From the NCBI GenBank assembly GCA_964580575.1, contig CAZOLJ010000004.1, positions 30,354 through 94,353 on the forward strand: DNA of 64,000 nt. The letters run 5' to 3'. Positions 7,164 through 16,213 of the stretch are shown one piece after another; the stretch's first letter is position 1; the number at the start of each line of letters is the position of its first letter. The notes beneath the pieces are model-generated. The model had not been told where the DNA came from. It saw only the letters and a list, made by a program, of their open reading frames with translations, and ran no database searches. The DNA comes from an uncultured Desulfobacteraceae bacterium (lineage in GTDB: Bacteria > Desulfobacterota > DSM-4660 > Desulfatiglandales > HGW-15). Position numbers and translations under genes: made by a program.

Positions 7164-10100
7164 ATGCCCAGAACGCAATCAAACTCTGTTCTCGCTTTCC
7201 TGTGGAGACCCAATGAGATCACTCCTGCTGTGGTCGACACGGCCCGCCGGACCTCCACTGTGGCCCTATTCGACATCAGTAAGGATCGCACGGGAAACCT
7301 CGCAAAGCCCCTCAAGGATGCAGGGGCAAAAGATGTGAAGATCTCCGCCGAACACTTCATGGAGCCGGCAATCGAGAGATTTCTCCAGGACTCCAATGTG
7401 TCCACCCTTTGGGTGGAGTTTCATCCGGCCTTTGGACCCTGTCCAGCCGAGGCTTTTCTTGAGCGAGTGAAGGAGTTGTCGGCCCGGATCACCTGCATTC
7501 CGATCAGCGGGGATCCGGATTTTCTCAGCCTCGCCCTTCAGTCGAAGTGGCATGCCCAGGCCGTTGCCATCAAGGGCTCCGAAGCGTCAGGCTTTGTTGG
7601 CAATGAAAGCGCAGGCGTCCTCTACTCCACCTTGAGGGAAATGGCGGGCCAGGGGGCTCAAAAGTCTGGTTTGATCCTCTGGGGCGGCGTGGCCACGCCC
7701 GAGGCGGCCGCAGCCTTTTTGTGCACCGGCGCAAGGGGTATCGTGTTCGAGAGCCTCCACTGGCAGACAGACTTGGTGTCCGCAAACCCGAACCTGAAGG
7801 AGCGCCTCTCCAGAGTGCGTCCCGAACACAGCGCCGTCGTGGGGACGACCCTCGGGGTCTCCTGCCGCTTCTTTGATAAGGGCAACTCCGTGGCCGTCAA
7901 GGAATTGAAGCAATACGCAGACACTCTGCTCGACCGCGAGATTGCGGATCAGGACCGCCGCGCCTTTGCCCGTAAGGTCGAGGAGAGAGTCGTGCCGGCG
8001 CTCGAAAGGGAGCTGGGCCGCCAGGAACTTGTTTTTCTGGGACCTGAGGCGGCCTTCGCAGAGGCATTCGCCGGACGGTTCGGCCGCTCTACCCGTCAGG
8101 CCATAGAGGGCTTCGCCAGAGAAGTGTCGAGCCTCTGCCGGCAGGCCCCACCCAAACGGGACGCTCTCGTGGAAAACTCTGCTGCCAAGTCCCTGGGGAC
8201 CCGTTACCCTTTCATTCAGGGAGCCATGACTTGGATCAGCGACATCCCGGAGTTCGCCCTGGCTGTGTCCGAAGCAGGGGGTCTGCCTACCCTGGCCCTC
8301 GGTGTGAAAACCCGCGTGGACATCGAGCAGGACCTGGCTCGGCTCAAGGAAGTCATGGGCGAACACCCTTACGCAGTCAACTTTGTCGCCCTTCCGGAAA
8401 ACCCTCGTCTGGAAGAACAGCTCGCCTGGATCGATCAAACCCGCCCGCCCTTTGCGGTCATTGCAGCCGGGGATTCCTCCTATGCAGCGCGTCTTCAGGA
8501 GAGGGGAATCCAGGCAATCTACGTTGCTTCGAGCGAGGGTCTTCTCCGCATGGCATTCGAGGCCGGCGTGCGTTTTGTCGTCCTGGAAGGGAACGAGTCC
8601 GGCGGGCACGTGGGGGAGCATTCCACCCTGACCCTGGCGCAGATGGCCCTGGAGCTCAGGCGCAGAGAGCCCGAACTCTTCCGCGATCGGCACCTGGTGC
8701 TCGCAGGCGGCATCTTCAACCGGGAGAGCGTTCTCAGGGCTTTCATGCTGGGTGCCGATGCTGTGCAGATGGGCACGGCGTACCTGGCCACCCGGGAGAT
8801 TGTCTCTACACGCGCACTGAGCCCCTTGTATCAGCGCCTGATCCTAAACTCACGGCCCGGCATGACCGCGGTTTCGGGCGAAAGCGTCGGTCTCAGGGTT
8901 CGGTCTCTCAAAACCCCTAAAGTGGAGGCGATCCGCACCCTGGAGAGAGAATGGGCGTCGGGCCGGCACGACGAGAGCTCTTTTCGGATGCGCCTGGAGG
9001 CTCTGGGTGCAAACAGCCTGCTTGTCGCTGCGAGGGGGATCGATCATCCCCGCGGCCGAGTCATGGACGAAGAAAGCTGCCTGCGGGAAGGACAGTTCAT
9101 GAGCGGTTCCATATCCGGCGCACTCCATCGTGTGCTCACTGTCTCCGAGTTTCACCGCGACCTGGTTGAAGGGCCTCTGGAGCTCACTCTCCCGGAATGG
9201 GAGGAGAGGCCCGCGCCGGCGCCTGCTGCCCGGTCGAGGACAAGGGAAGACCGCGAGCGATTGGCTGTCACCGGTATGGCCCTGGTCAATTCCCTGGGCA
9301 ACAGCCCGAGGGAGATCTTGGAAGCCTCGGTTGCCATGAGGAGCGGAATCGCCACAGTGCCTCCTTCCCGGTGGGACCACAGCCTGTACTACGATCCCGA
9401 TCCCCGCGCCAGAGGCAAGACCTACTGCAAGGTTGGCGCTTTCCAGAACCTCAGCGTCTCGCGCAAGGAGTTGGGCATTGCGCCTCAGGATTTCCGCTCC
9501 ATGGCCGATTCCACCCGATTGACCCTCTGGCTCGCCGAAGAGGCCATCAAGCAATCAGGCCTGCTGGAGTCGGGCATTCCCAGGGAGCGCATCGGGGTGC
9601 TCATTTCCCAGAACTCGGGAGAGGGTGCGGCCACGATCACGGATCTGGTCTTTGATGTGAATTACCACGACATCATCCGCTCCTTGAGGGAGATCATCCC
9701 CACGACCCCGGAACTGGAAAAGGCCATCAGGGAAAGAATCCAAGCAGGCCGCCTCACCGTGGACGACACCACCTTGCTCGGCCGTCTCAATTGCGCGGCC
9801 GGGGGCTTTGTGTGCAACCGGTACGGGTTAAGGGGCCCGAGCTACGCGGTCTCCGCTGCGTGCGCCACCAGCCTGGTGGCCCTCTTCAACGCGCTCCAGA
9901 TGATCCGAAACGACATCCTCGACGCAGCCGTTGTGGGAGGCGGAGAGGAGTTCCTCCACCCCTCCCATTACCTCGAATTCTCCGCGCTCAAGGCCCTGGC
10001 CGGGCTCTCGGGCGTTGAAGGGCCTGCCCAGGAGAGCAGCCGGCCCTTTGATGCGCAGCGCGACGGCATGGTCCTCGGCGAAGGAGGAGGCATGATCGTT

Positions 10101-13100
10101 GTGGAGAGGGAGTCGGTCGCGAAAAAGCGCGGTGCCCCTATTCACGCCTACATCACCGGGATAGGAGCGAGCAACAATGATCGGGGCATGGTGGAGTCCC
10201 TGGCCGAGACCCAGTTGATTGCCCTTCGGGGCTCCTTCCGGGATACGGGTTACGGTCCCGAGCAGGTGGACATGGTGGAATGCCATGCCACGAGCACGGT
10301 TCAGGGTGACGTGGAGGAGGTCAAGGCCCTCAAGTCCCTGTTCCCATCTTCTAAGCGGACAGTGCTCACCTCTTTCAAGTCCCAGATCGGCCACACCCTC
10401 GGCGCCTCCGGCGTGAACAGCCTCATCAGAGGGGTGTGCGCCATGCAGGCGGGACTCTTCCCGCCCACCCTCAACTACAGGACGCGGGATCCCCAGGTCG
10501 ATCTTGAGGCAGGGGGCTTTCATGTTCTTCTTCAGCCCGAGGAGTGGCCGCAACCCCCGGACCGGCCCAGGCGTTTGGAGGTTAACGCCTTTGGTTTCGG
10601 CGGCGCCAATTATGTGGTCCAGCTGGAGGAGTGCCGGGAGGCTTCCGGCCGGGTCATGATCTCAGCGCCCCTCACAGAGAGACTCGAACCCCCGAAGCCT
10701 TCTGGTCAGGCCGCTCGGCCGTCCATCCAGGGCGTTTCGTTTTTCCGCGCCCAGGTGGCAGGCCGGTCCTATCGCTTAGGGGTGGTGGCTTCCGGTGAAA
10801 AAGAAGCCCGGTCCAGAGTGGAAGCCCTGCCCCCTGCTGAAAACGGGGGTATCTTCTCGGACAAGTCCCTACGCACCATGGCCCGCCAGGGCATCTTCGC
10901 TGCACCGGCCGACGATCCGCAAAAACCCCTGGCCTTCATTTTCACCGGCCAGGGGTCCCAGTATGCAGGCATGAGCAAAGAGCTTTACGACACCTTCCCG
11001 GAAATCCGGAGGTGGATGGACAAGATTGCGGCTGTGGCTGAATTCGATCTCCTGGACCTCCTTTTCCATGCCTCGGTGGAAGACCTTCAGAAGACACGAT
11101 GGCAGCAGCCCGCCCTCTACACCATGGAGTACGCCATGGTGCAGTACTTGATCGCCATGGGCGCAAAACCACTGGCCATGGCCGGACACAGCCTTGGAGA
11201 ACTCGTGGCCATGAGCACCGCCGGGATCTTCACCTATGACGACGGCTTCCGCATCGTGAACAAGCGGGCCCAGTGCATGGACAAGGCAAGCGGGCTCCGG
11301 GGCGACCCAGGCACCATGATCGCGGCGGACGCGCCCATGGACTACCTGGAACAGAAAGTGGCCGGCTGGGAAAACGTGTACTTCACCAACTACAACTCGC
11401 CCCACCAGGTGGTCTTGGGCGGTGACACCCAGCCCTTGTTGGCTCTTCTGCAAGAGATCAAAAGTGAGGGTTACCGGGCCACCCAGCTCAAGGTGAGCAT
11501 GGCCTTTCACTCGCCCATCATGAAGGTGATCCATGACGAGATGGCTGCCTTTGTGTCGGACATTGCCTTTCACCCGGCCCGGATTCCGGTGATCTCCAAC
11601 ACCACCATGAAGCCTTACCCGAATGATCCGGACCAGATGCGCCGGATCCTCATGGCCCACCTCGAATCCCCGGTGCACTGGATGCAGAACGTGAGGACCC
11701 TCTGGGAGGATTTCAGCATCAGAACCTTTGTGGAGATCGGCCCGGCAGACACACTCTGCAGCCTTGTGGGACAAACCCTGGACAAGCCTCTATGCGTCCC
11801 TACCTGCATGCCCGAGGCAGAAGCCCAAACCTATCGGTCAGGGGTGGCCCAACTCCACGCTCTGGGCCATCTGGAACAGGAGGAGATCCCCCTGACGGAA
11901 AAGACGGACCAGTTGGCCGTCCCATCCCCTGCGCCTGCGATCACGGTCCGTTCCACTTCCGAAGACCGGCTGGCTGCCATTGTGCAGCGTGAGATAAACG
12001 CTTTTGTCCTGAAGTCCTTCGGAGAGTATATCAAACCGCTTGTCGTGGCCGCGATCCGCCGGGAACTGGATCCAAGCTTCACGTTGGAAAGTCTGGACCG
12101 GAGCCTTGGGACTTTGCCTGTGGCCCCGCCCCTGCCCCAGGCCAAACCCTTGGCAAAGGCCGAGGCCCCTGCGGCCCTGCCGAGCCGGGAGGCGGAGGCC
12201 AAGGGGCCGAAAGAAGCGGTGGATTATGTGGAGCAAATGATCCGGATCATCATGAATGCCACCGGGTATGAACGGGACGAGATCGAGCCTGACATGGACA
12301 TCCGGCAGGACCTTGCCATCCGTTCCAGCCGACTGCCCGTGATCATGGACGAGGTCGAGCGACGGTTCAACATCCCCGTCAATGTCGAGGATTTCGTGGG
12401 ATTGCGCACGGTGCGGGAGATCGCGAACTGCATCGAAAAGCTGGCAGGCGGACCCGGCAAAGAAGCCCCGGCCGCACAACCGTTCCAGCAAGCCCCTCCT
12501 GCCGCCGCCCCCAAGAACTCGGCGGCCCCATCCGCCGAGGAGGAGGCACGTCCAATTGAATCGATCAGGCGAATGGTCTTAGAAGAAGTCGCGCTCCCTC
12601 ATGGCGCCGTGCACCCGCTCACGCCGGCGCCGGGACAGGAGGTGGCGGTGCTCAGGATGTCTCCCGGCTCCACCCTGGCTGCTGACGTGTCCCGCCACCT
12701 GGAGGGAAAATGGAAAGTCAAGTCGCTGTTCTTGGACTATTCGGGTCAGGGGGACGGCAGCGCCTTTGATCTGCGCGCTTCCAAGGGCGCACAAAAGGCG
12801 GAGCAGCGGCTCAAAGAAGCTCGTTCCCTGGCAGGGCTTGTCCTGGTGCTGGAAGGCGAGTTGCGCTCCGTTCTGTCTGGTGCAGAAGACATTGCAGCTT
12901 TCCTCTCCGGGTTCTTCCGCTGTCTGAAGGCCGTGATGAATTCAAAGAGCAAACCCTTTTGCCTGGTTCTGCTCCGGGGGGTTCAACCCGAAACCCCCGG
13001 AGCCGTGACGGCGGAAGGCATCCTGGGCATGTTCCTGGCTGCGGCCCATGAGTACCCGTCGGTGCTGTTTCGAAGTGTTTCTCTGGACGCCAACACGGAT

Positions 13101-15077
13101 TTCCCGAGCGCCATGGACCGCGCCCTGGATACCGGGAACCCGATCATCCAGTGGACCTACCACGGCCAGGAGGCCTTCTCCATCAAGGCCTCTCATGCTC
13201 CTCTGTCCTTGACCGGCAGGTCCGGGCTTGAACTGGGGCCAGAGGACGTGGTGGTGATCTCAGGCGGCGCCAAAGGGGTCACCTGGCACATTGCCCGGGC
13301 CCTGGCGGCCTTCAAACCCCGGATCGTGCTGCTGGGGCGGACCGAACTGAACCCTGCAGCGTCCTACAGCGCCCTCCGCAACGCCGAAGCTCCTGCTGAA
13401 GGCGCCTTACGTCGCCTATTCAAAAAGAAAGAGCCTGTCCCAAAGGCCGACCAACCTGAGAGTCAGACCTCGAGCGCCCTTGCAGGTTTGGACATTGCGC
13501 GCAACGTGTCCCGGCTCTCCGCTCTTGGGATCAAGGTCTCCTACCTTTCCTGCGACGTGGCAGATCCCCGCAAGGTGGCACAGACGCTCGACCAGGTGGT
13601 GAAACAGTATGGCAGGATTGACGGGATCATTCACGGGGCCGGTATCATCCGGGACAGCTTCCTGGAGTTCATGACGCCCGAGGATTTCACCAAGGTCATG
13701 GAGGTCAAGCTCCTGGGGGCATGGAACCTTTACCGCGCCTCCAAGGACCGCGGCCTGCGGTTTTTCGCAGCCCTCTCCTCGCTTGTGGCGATCCAGGGCA
13801 ATGTCGGCCAGGTCAACTACTGCAGCGCAAACCGATCGCTTTCCGCCATGCTGCGATCGTGGAGCGTCTCCCACAAGGGCCTGGTGTCAAAAGCCTTCAT
13901 GCTGCCGCCCATCGAGGGCACCGGCATGGCTGATGACCCGGAGGTCAAGGCTCTCATGAAGCTCAAAGGGTTGGAGTCCGCCTTTGTGCACGCAGACGAG
14001 TTCGCCCAGATTTTCTGCCGCGAGCTGTTCCTGGGGCCGGCCCAGCAGCCTTGGGTGATCCTGGCCCGCACCTTTCCGTCCGTCAAGAAGACCATGGTGG
14101 AAGCGAAGGAATCGAGCGAGGACAAGGCGAGCCCATGTGCCGGGGGAGTCCGTTTGGAGCAGAAGGACCTCCCTATGATCGGGACCGTGGAAACCCTGGA
14201 CCTCAAGGCCGGCGAACTGGTGGCCAAACGGACCTTTTCGCGGGCTTACGACCTCTGGATCGAAGATCACAAGCCTTTCAAGCTCCTGAAGCACCCTTTA
14301 GTTTCAGGGATCATGGCCGTCGAGACCTTTCTGGAGGCAGCCCATCTGCTCTATCCGCATCTGAATGTGCTAGGTGTGCGGAGGCTGAACTTCAAGGACA
14401 TTCTGGAGTGTCCTCCGGACACAGGGCGGGAGGCCCGTATCCTCTGTCGGAGAGAGGAGGATCCCAGTCACGATGTCCGCTGTCACGTCGAGCTCTCCAG
14501 TGCAGGCCTCTCTCCTTCGGGTCGCCTTTTGGACACCTGGTCCACGAACTATCTTGGACAGGTCATTCTCGGGCCCCGGATCACCCCTCTTTCCCCCTTA
14601 CCTGAGTTCGCCATAAATGCGAAGGACCTGGATACGCGTCCCATGGACGCCCATGAGATCCAGGAGAGCTATGAAAATCGCACCGGCCTTCGTGGACGCT
14701 ACCGCGTCCTTGAGAAGATCCACGGCACAGGGCCAGGAATCATGAAAGGAGCCATGGTTTACAAGGACCAGGAGGACATGGCCGGTTTGGGCCCTGCCCG
14801 TTACCACTACTCGCCCTATCTGCTGGAAGCCCTGATGCACCTTTTCGCGTTCTACGCTGCCCTCCGGCAGGAGAGTGGATCCTCGGAGGTGCTTCCCGCG
14901 GGTATGGAGGAAATGCGTTTCACCCGGCCGGCCCGGAATGGAGAGCGCTTCACCCTCGAAGCCAGGCTCCGCTCCCGTGACGATCAGGGCTTCACGTGGG
15001 ACGCCCGTGCCTTGGACGAGAGCAACACCCCCATCATGCAGGTCCTTTCCATGCGCATGAATCGGTTCAGTCAGTGA
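7164..15077 (+). CDS. type-I FAS/PKS-like megasynthase: pseudo-ER, ER (NMO/PfaD/FabK-type), KS, AT, ACP, KR, DH
   Basis: Single ORF; first ATG at 7164, track TTG at 7122. Domains (nt): degenerate NMO-like TIM barrel ~7239-8141 (AIKGSEASGFVG). ER ~8184-9191 (YPFIQGAMTWISD, VLEGNESGGHVG, GADAVQMGTAYL). KS ~9258-10631 (SAACATS with Cys codon 9861-9863, ECHATS, GHTLGASG). AT ~10923-11831 (FIFTGQGSQYAGM, GHSLGE with Ser 11190-11192, MAFHSP). ACP ~12213-12446 (DLAIRSSRL). KR ~12564-14051 (ISGGAKGVT, Tyr in VNYCSAN 13818-13820). DH ~14154-15074 (LKHPLVSGIMAVE, His 14292-14294). Confidence 0.95.
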   Translation: MPRTQSNSVLAFLWRPNEITPAVVDTARRTSTVALFDISKDRTGNLAKPLKDAGAKDVKISAEHFMEPAIERFLQDSNVSTLWVEFHPAFGPCPAEAFLERVKELSARITCIPISGDPDFLSLALQSKWHAQAVAIKGSEASGFVGNESAGVLYSTLREMAGQGAQKSGLILWGGVATPEAAAAFLCTGARGIVFESLHWQTDLVSANPNLKERLSRVRPEHSAVVGTTLGVSCRFFDKGNSVAVKELKQYADTLLDREIADQDRRAFARKVEERVVPALERELGRQELVFLGPEAAFAEAFAGRFGRSTRQAIEGFAREVSSLCRQAPPKRDALVENSAAKSLGTRYPFIQGAMTWISDIPEFALAVSEAGGLPTLALGVKTRVDIEQDLARLKEVMGEHPYAVNFVALPENPRLEEQLAWIDQTRPPFAVIAAGDSSYAARLQERGIQAIYVASSEGLLRMAFEAGVRFVVLEGNESGGHVGEHSTLTLAQMALELRRREPELFRDRHLVLAGGIFNRESVLRAFMLGADAVQMGTAYLATREIVSTRALSPLYQRLILNSRPGMTAVSGESVGLRVRSLKTPKVEAIRTLEREWASGRHDESSFRMRLEALGANSLLVAARGIDHPRGRVMDEESCLREGQFMSGSISGALHRVLTVSEFHRDLVEGPLELTLPEWEERPAPAPAARSRTREDRERLAVTGMALVNSLGNSPREILEASVAMRSGIATVPPSRWDHSLYYDPDPRARGKTYCKVGAFQNLSVSRKELGIAPQDFRSMADSTRLTLWLAEEAIKQSGLLESGIPRERIGVLISQNSGEGAATITDLVFDVNYHDIIRSLREIIPTTPELEKAIRERIQAGRLTVDDTTLLGRLNCAAGGFVCNRYGLRGPSYAVSAACATSLVALFNALQMIRNDILDAAVVGGGEEFLHPSHYLEFSALKALAGLSGVEGPAQESSRPFDAQRDGMVLGEGGGMIVVERESVAKKRGAPIHAYITGIGASNNDRGMVESLAETQLIALRGSFRDTGYGPEQVDMVECHATSTVQGDVEEVKALKSLFPSSKRTVLTSFKSQIGHTLGASGVNSLIRGVCAMQAGLFPPTLNYRTRDPQVDLEAGGFHVLLQPEEWPQPPDRPRRLEVNAFGFGGANYVVQLEECREASGRVMISAPLTERLEPPKPSGQAARPSIQGVSFFRAQVAGRSYRLGVVASGEKEARSRVEALPPAENGGIFSDKSLRTMARQGIFAAPADDPQKPLAFIFTGQGSQYAGMSKELYDTFPEIRRWMDKIAAVAEFDLLDLLFHASVEDLQKTRWQQPALYTMEYAMVQYLIAMGAKPLAMAGHSLGELVAMSTAGIFTYDDGFRIVNKRAQCMDKASGLRGDPGTMIAADAPMDYLEQKVAGWENVYFTNYNSPHQVVLGGDTQPLLALLQEIKSEGYRATQLKVSMAFHSPIMKVIHDEMAAFVSDIAFHPARIPVISNTTMKPYPNDPDQMRRILMAHLESPVHWMQNVRTLWEDFSIRTFVEIGPADTLCSLVGQTLDKPLCVPTCMPEAEAQTYRSGVAQLHALGHLEQEEIPLTEKTDQLAVPSPAPAITVRSTSEDRLAAIVQREINAFVLKSFGEYIKPLVVAAIRRELDPSFTLESLDRSLGTLPVAPPLPQAKPLAKAEAPAALPSREAEAKGPKEAVDYVEQMIRIIMNATGYERDEIEPDMDIRQDLAIRSSRLPVIMDEVERRFNIPVNVEDFVGLRTVREIANCIEKLAGGPGKEAPAAQPFQQAPPAAAPKNSAAPSAEEEARPIESIRRMVLEEVALPHGAVHPLTPAPGQEVAVLRMSPGSTLAADVSRHLEGKWKVKSLFLDYSGQGDGSAFDLRASKGAQKAEQRLKEARSLAGLVLVLEGELRSVLSGAEDIAAFLSGFFRCLKAVMNSKSKPFCLVLLRGVQPETPGAVTAEGILGMFLAAAHEYPSVLFRSVSLDANTDFPSAMDRALDTGNPIIQWTYHGQEAFSIKASHAPLSLTGRSGLELGPEDVVVISGGAKGVTWHIARALAAFKPRIVLLGRTELNPAASYSALRNAEAPAEGALRRLFKKKEPVPKADQPESQTSSALAGLDIARNVSRLSALGIKVSYLSCDVADPRKVAQTLDQVVKQYGRIDGIIHGAGIIRDSFLEFMTPEDFTKVMEVKLLGAWNLYRASKDRGLRFFAALSSLVAIQGNVGQVNYCSANRSLSAMLRSWSVSHKGLVSKAFMLPPIEGTGMADDPEVKALMKLKGLESAFVHADEFAQIFCRELFLGPAQQPWVILARTFPSVKKTMVEAKESSEDKASPCAGGVRLEQKDLPMIGTVETLDLKAGELVAKRTFSRAYDLWIEDHKPFKLLKHPLVSGIMAVETFLEAAHLLYPHLNVLGVRRLNFKDILECPPDTGREARILCRREEDPSHDVRCHVELSSAGLSPSGRLLDTWSTNYLGQVILGPRITPLSPLPEFAINAKDLDTRPMDAHEIQESYENRTGLRGRYRVLEKIHGTGPGIMKGAMVYKDQEDMAGLGPARYHYSPYLLEALMHLFAFYAALRQESGSSEVLPAGMEEMRFTRPARNGERFTLEARLRSRDDQGFTWDARALDESNTPIMQVLSMRMNRFSQ

Positions 15078-15136
15078 GATGATGGAAACCCATGAGAGTT
15101 GATACAAACGAAATGAGCCCTTTTGCAATAGAACGC

Positions 15137-15284
15137 GCCCCCTCCCCTCTCCCCTCTCCCCCGGCTTGGGGTCTATGTCAGAATGTCATTTCGAGGCGAA
15201 AGCCGAGAAATCCTGGTTCTTCACAAAATCTGCCCCTCCCCGATTGCGACACAGCCTCTTGGGTGAGAAGGCGGGGTGAGGAGG
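15137..15284. repeat. GC-rich REP-like composite (C-rich arm, small hairpin, G-rich arm)
   Basis: gccccctcccctctcccctctccccc (15137-15162) and gggtgagaaggcggggtgaggagg (15261-15284) flank the hairpin atttcGAggcGAAAgccGAgaaat (15188-15211). This is the sequence type that yields spurious ...SPLPSPP... peptides. Confidence 0.5.
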
Positions 15285-15295
15285 CTATACACACC

Positions 15296-15877
15296 TTGCA
15301 GCCTCTCGGGTTCCGGGGCTCTGTATTGTTTGCATCTGCTCCACCCGTGCATGGATCAGGGCTGCACCTGGCCCTTGGCCTGCTCGGGGCTCTGGCGCAG
15401 CTTGATTCCCGCTGGAGCGGGACCGGAAACGAGATGACCCTTCACAAAAGCGCTCTGGGAGCTCCATTTCTTCTTGTAAGGGACAGGGAAGGACCCTCCG
15501 TGTCCTTCAGCCACGGCAAGGGGCGGCTCTGGGCGGCCATGTCCGGCAAGGGAAATGTCGGCATTGACGTTGCCTACCCGGAGGAATTTGCGGGGACCTA
15601 TCCTCTTCACCGAGCGTTCAGTGCCGAAGAACTGGAGTGTGCTGAAGCCCTTTGTCCTGACGACAAAGCCCGGGGCGCAGCCCTAATGTGGGCCGCAAAG
15701 GAGGCGTCGGTCAAGGCGACCGGGGCCGGCTTCAACTTCTTTGATCCCCTGGAAGTGCGAGTGGGGGCTCCCCTTGTCAGGGAACAGGGGATCCTCTTCG
15801 AGGTGTTGGCGGACCGACCCATTTCCATCTGGGTAAGAACAGAGGGCAGGGGCTGGCTTTCCGTGGCATTGGCTTAG
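15296..15877 (+). CDS. 4'-phosphopantetheinyl transferase (short form)
   Basis: Motifs GAPFLLV, SFSHGKGRLWAAMS, VGIDVAYPEE and WAAKEASVKATGAGF. The track ORF starts at 15092 but its first ~68 codons are the REP-like repeat. TTG 15296 follows GAGGAGG; GTG 15347 is also possible. Confidence 0.75.
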   Translation: MQPLGFRGSVLFASAPPVHGSGLHLALGLLGALAQLDSRWSGTGNEMTLHKSALGAPFLLVRDREGPSVSFSHGKGRLWAAMSGKGNVGIDVAYPEEFAGTYPLHRAFSAEELECAEALCPDDKARGAALMWAAKEASVKATGAGFNFFDPLEVRVGAPLVREQGILFEVLADRPISIWVRTEGRGWLSVALA

Positions 15878-16013
15878 TCCATCGAGTCCTGAATTCGATG
15901 ACGAATTTATTCCCTCAGGACTGAGGCTCCACCCGGCGATCGGGTGGCTTCGGAGAGCTCGCTCGAAGGGGGCACTGCTGGCTTGCTCAGATTATCGGAA
16001 CTTCCAGAAGACT

Positions 16014-16113
16014 TCCTCCCCCTCGACGTGGGAGGTAAGGTGGGGGTGGACAAGGCTGCATGAAATGCCATCGCTTTACCCCCCTCCCCTGTCCCTCCCA
16101 CCAGGGGAGGGAA
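16014..16113. repeat. GC-rich REP-like hairpins
   Basis: cctccc(N9)gggagg at 16015-16035 and tccctccc-acca(g)-gggaggga at 16092-16112. Same C/G-tract style as 15137-15284. Confidence 0.5.
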
Positions 16114-16213
16114 ATTTCTTGTAGAAGCCTTCTTGCACACCGGATCAGTCGAACGTATCCGGGTCCTCCACCAGAGGCGCAGAGGATATTGAACGCTAAC
16201 GACTGGGGATAAG

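Noticed and set aside
7587-8693. 368-aa minus-strand ORF, plus many other 60-300-aa ORFs on both strands between 7.1 and 15.1 kb
   Set aside because: All are nested in or antisense to the 7.9-kb megasynthase frame, whose domain motifs are continuous. None has recognisable motifs.
15092-15295. N-terminal 68 codons of the track ORF for the PPTase
   Set aside because: The sequence is C-tract/G-tract REP-like repeat (SPLPSPPAWG...). A start with a GAGGAGG RBS exists at 15296. I treat the extension as non-coding, though this is unproven.
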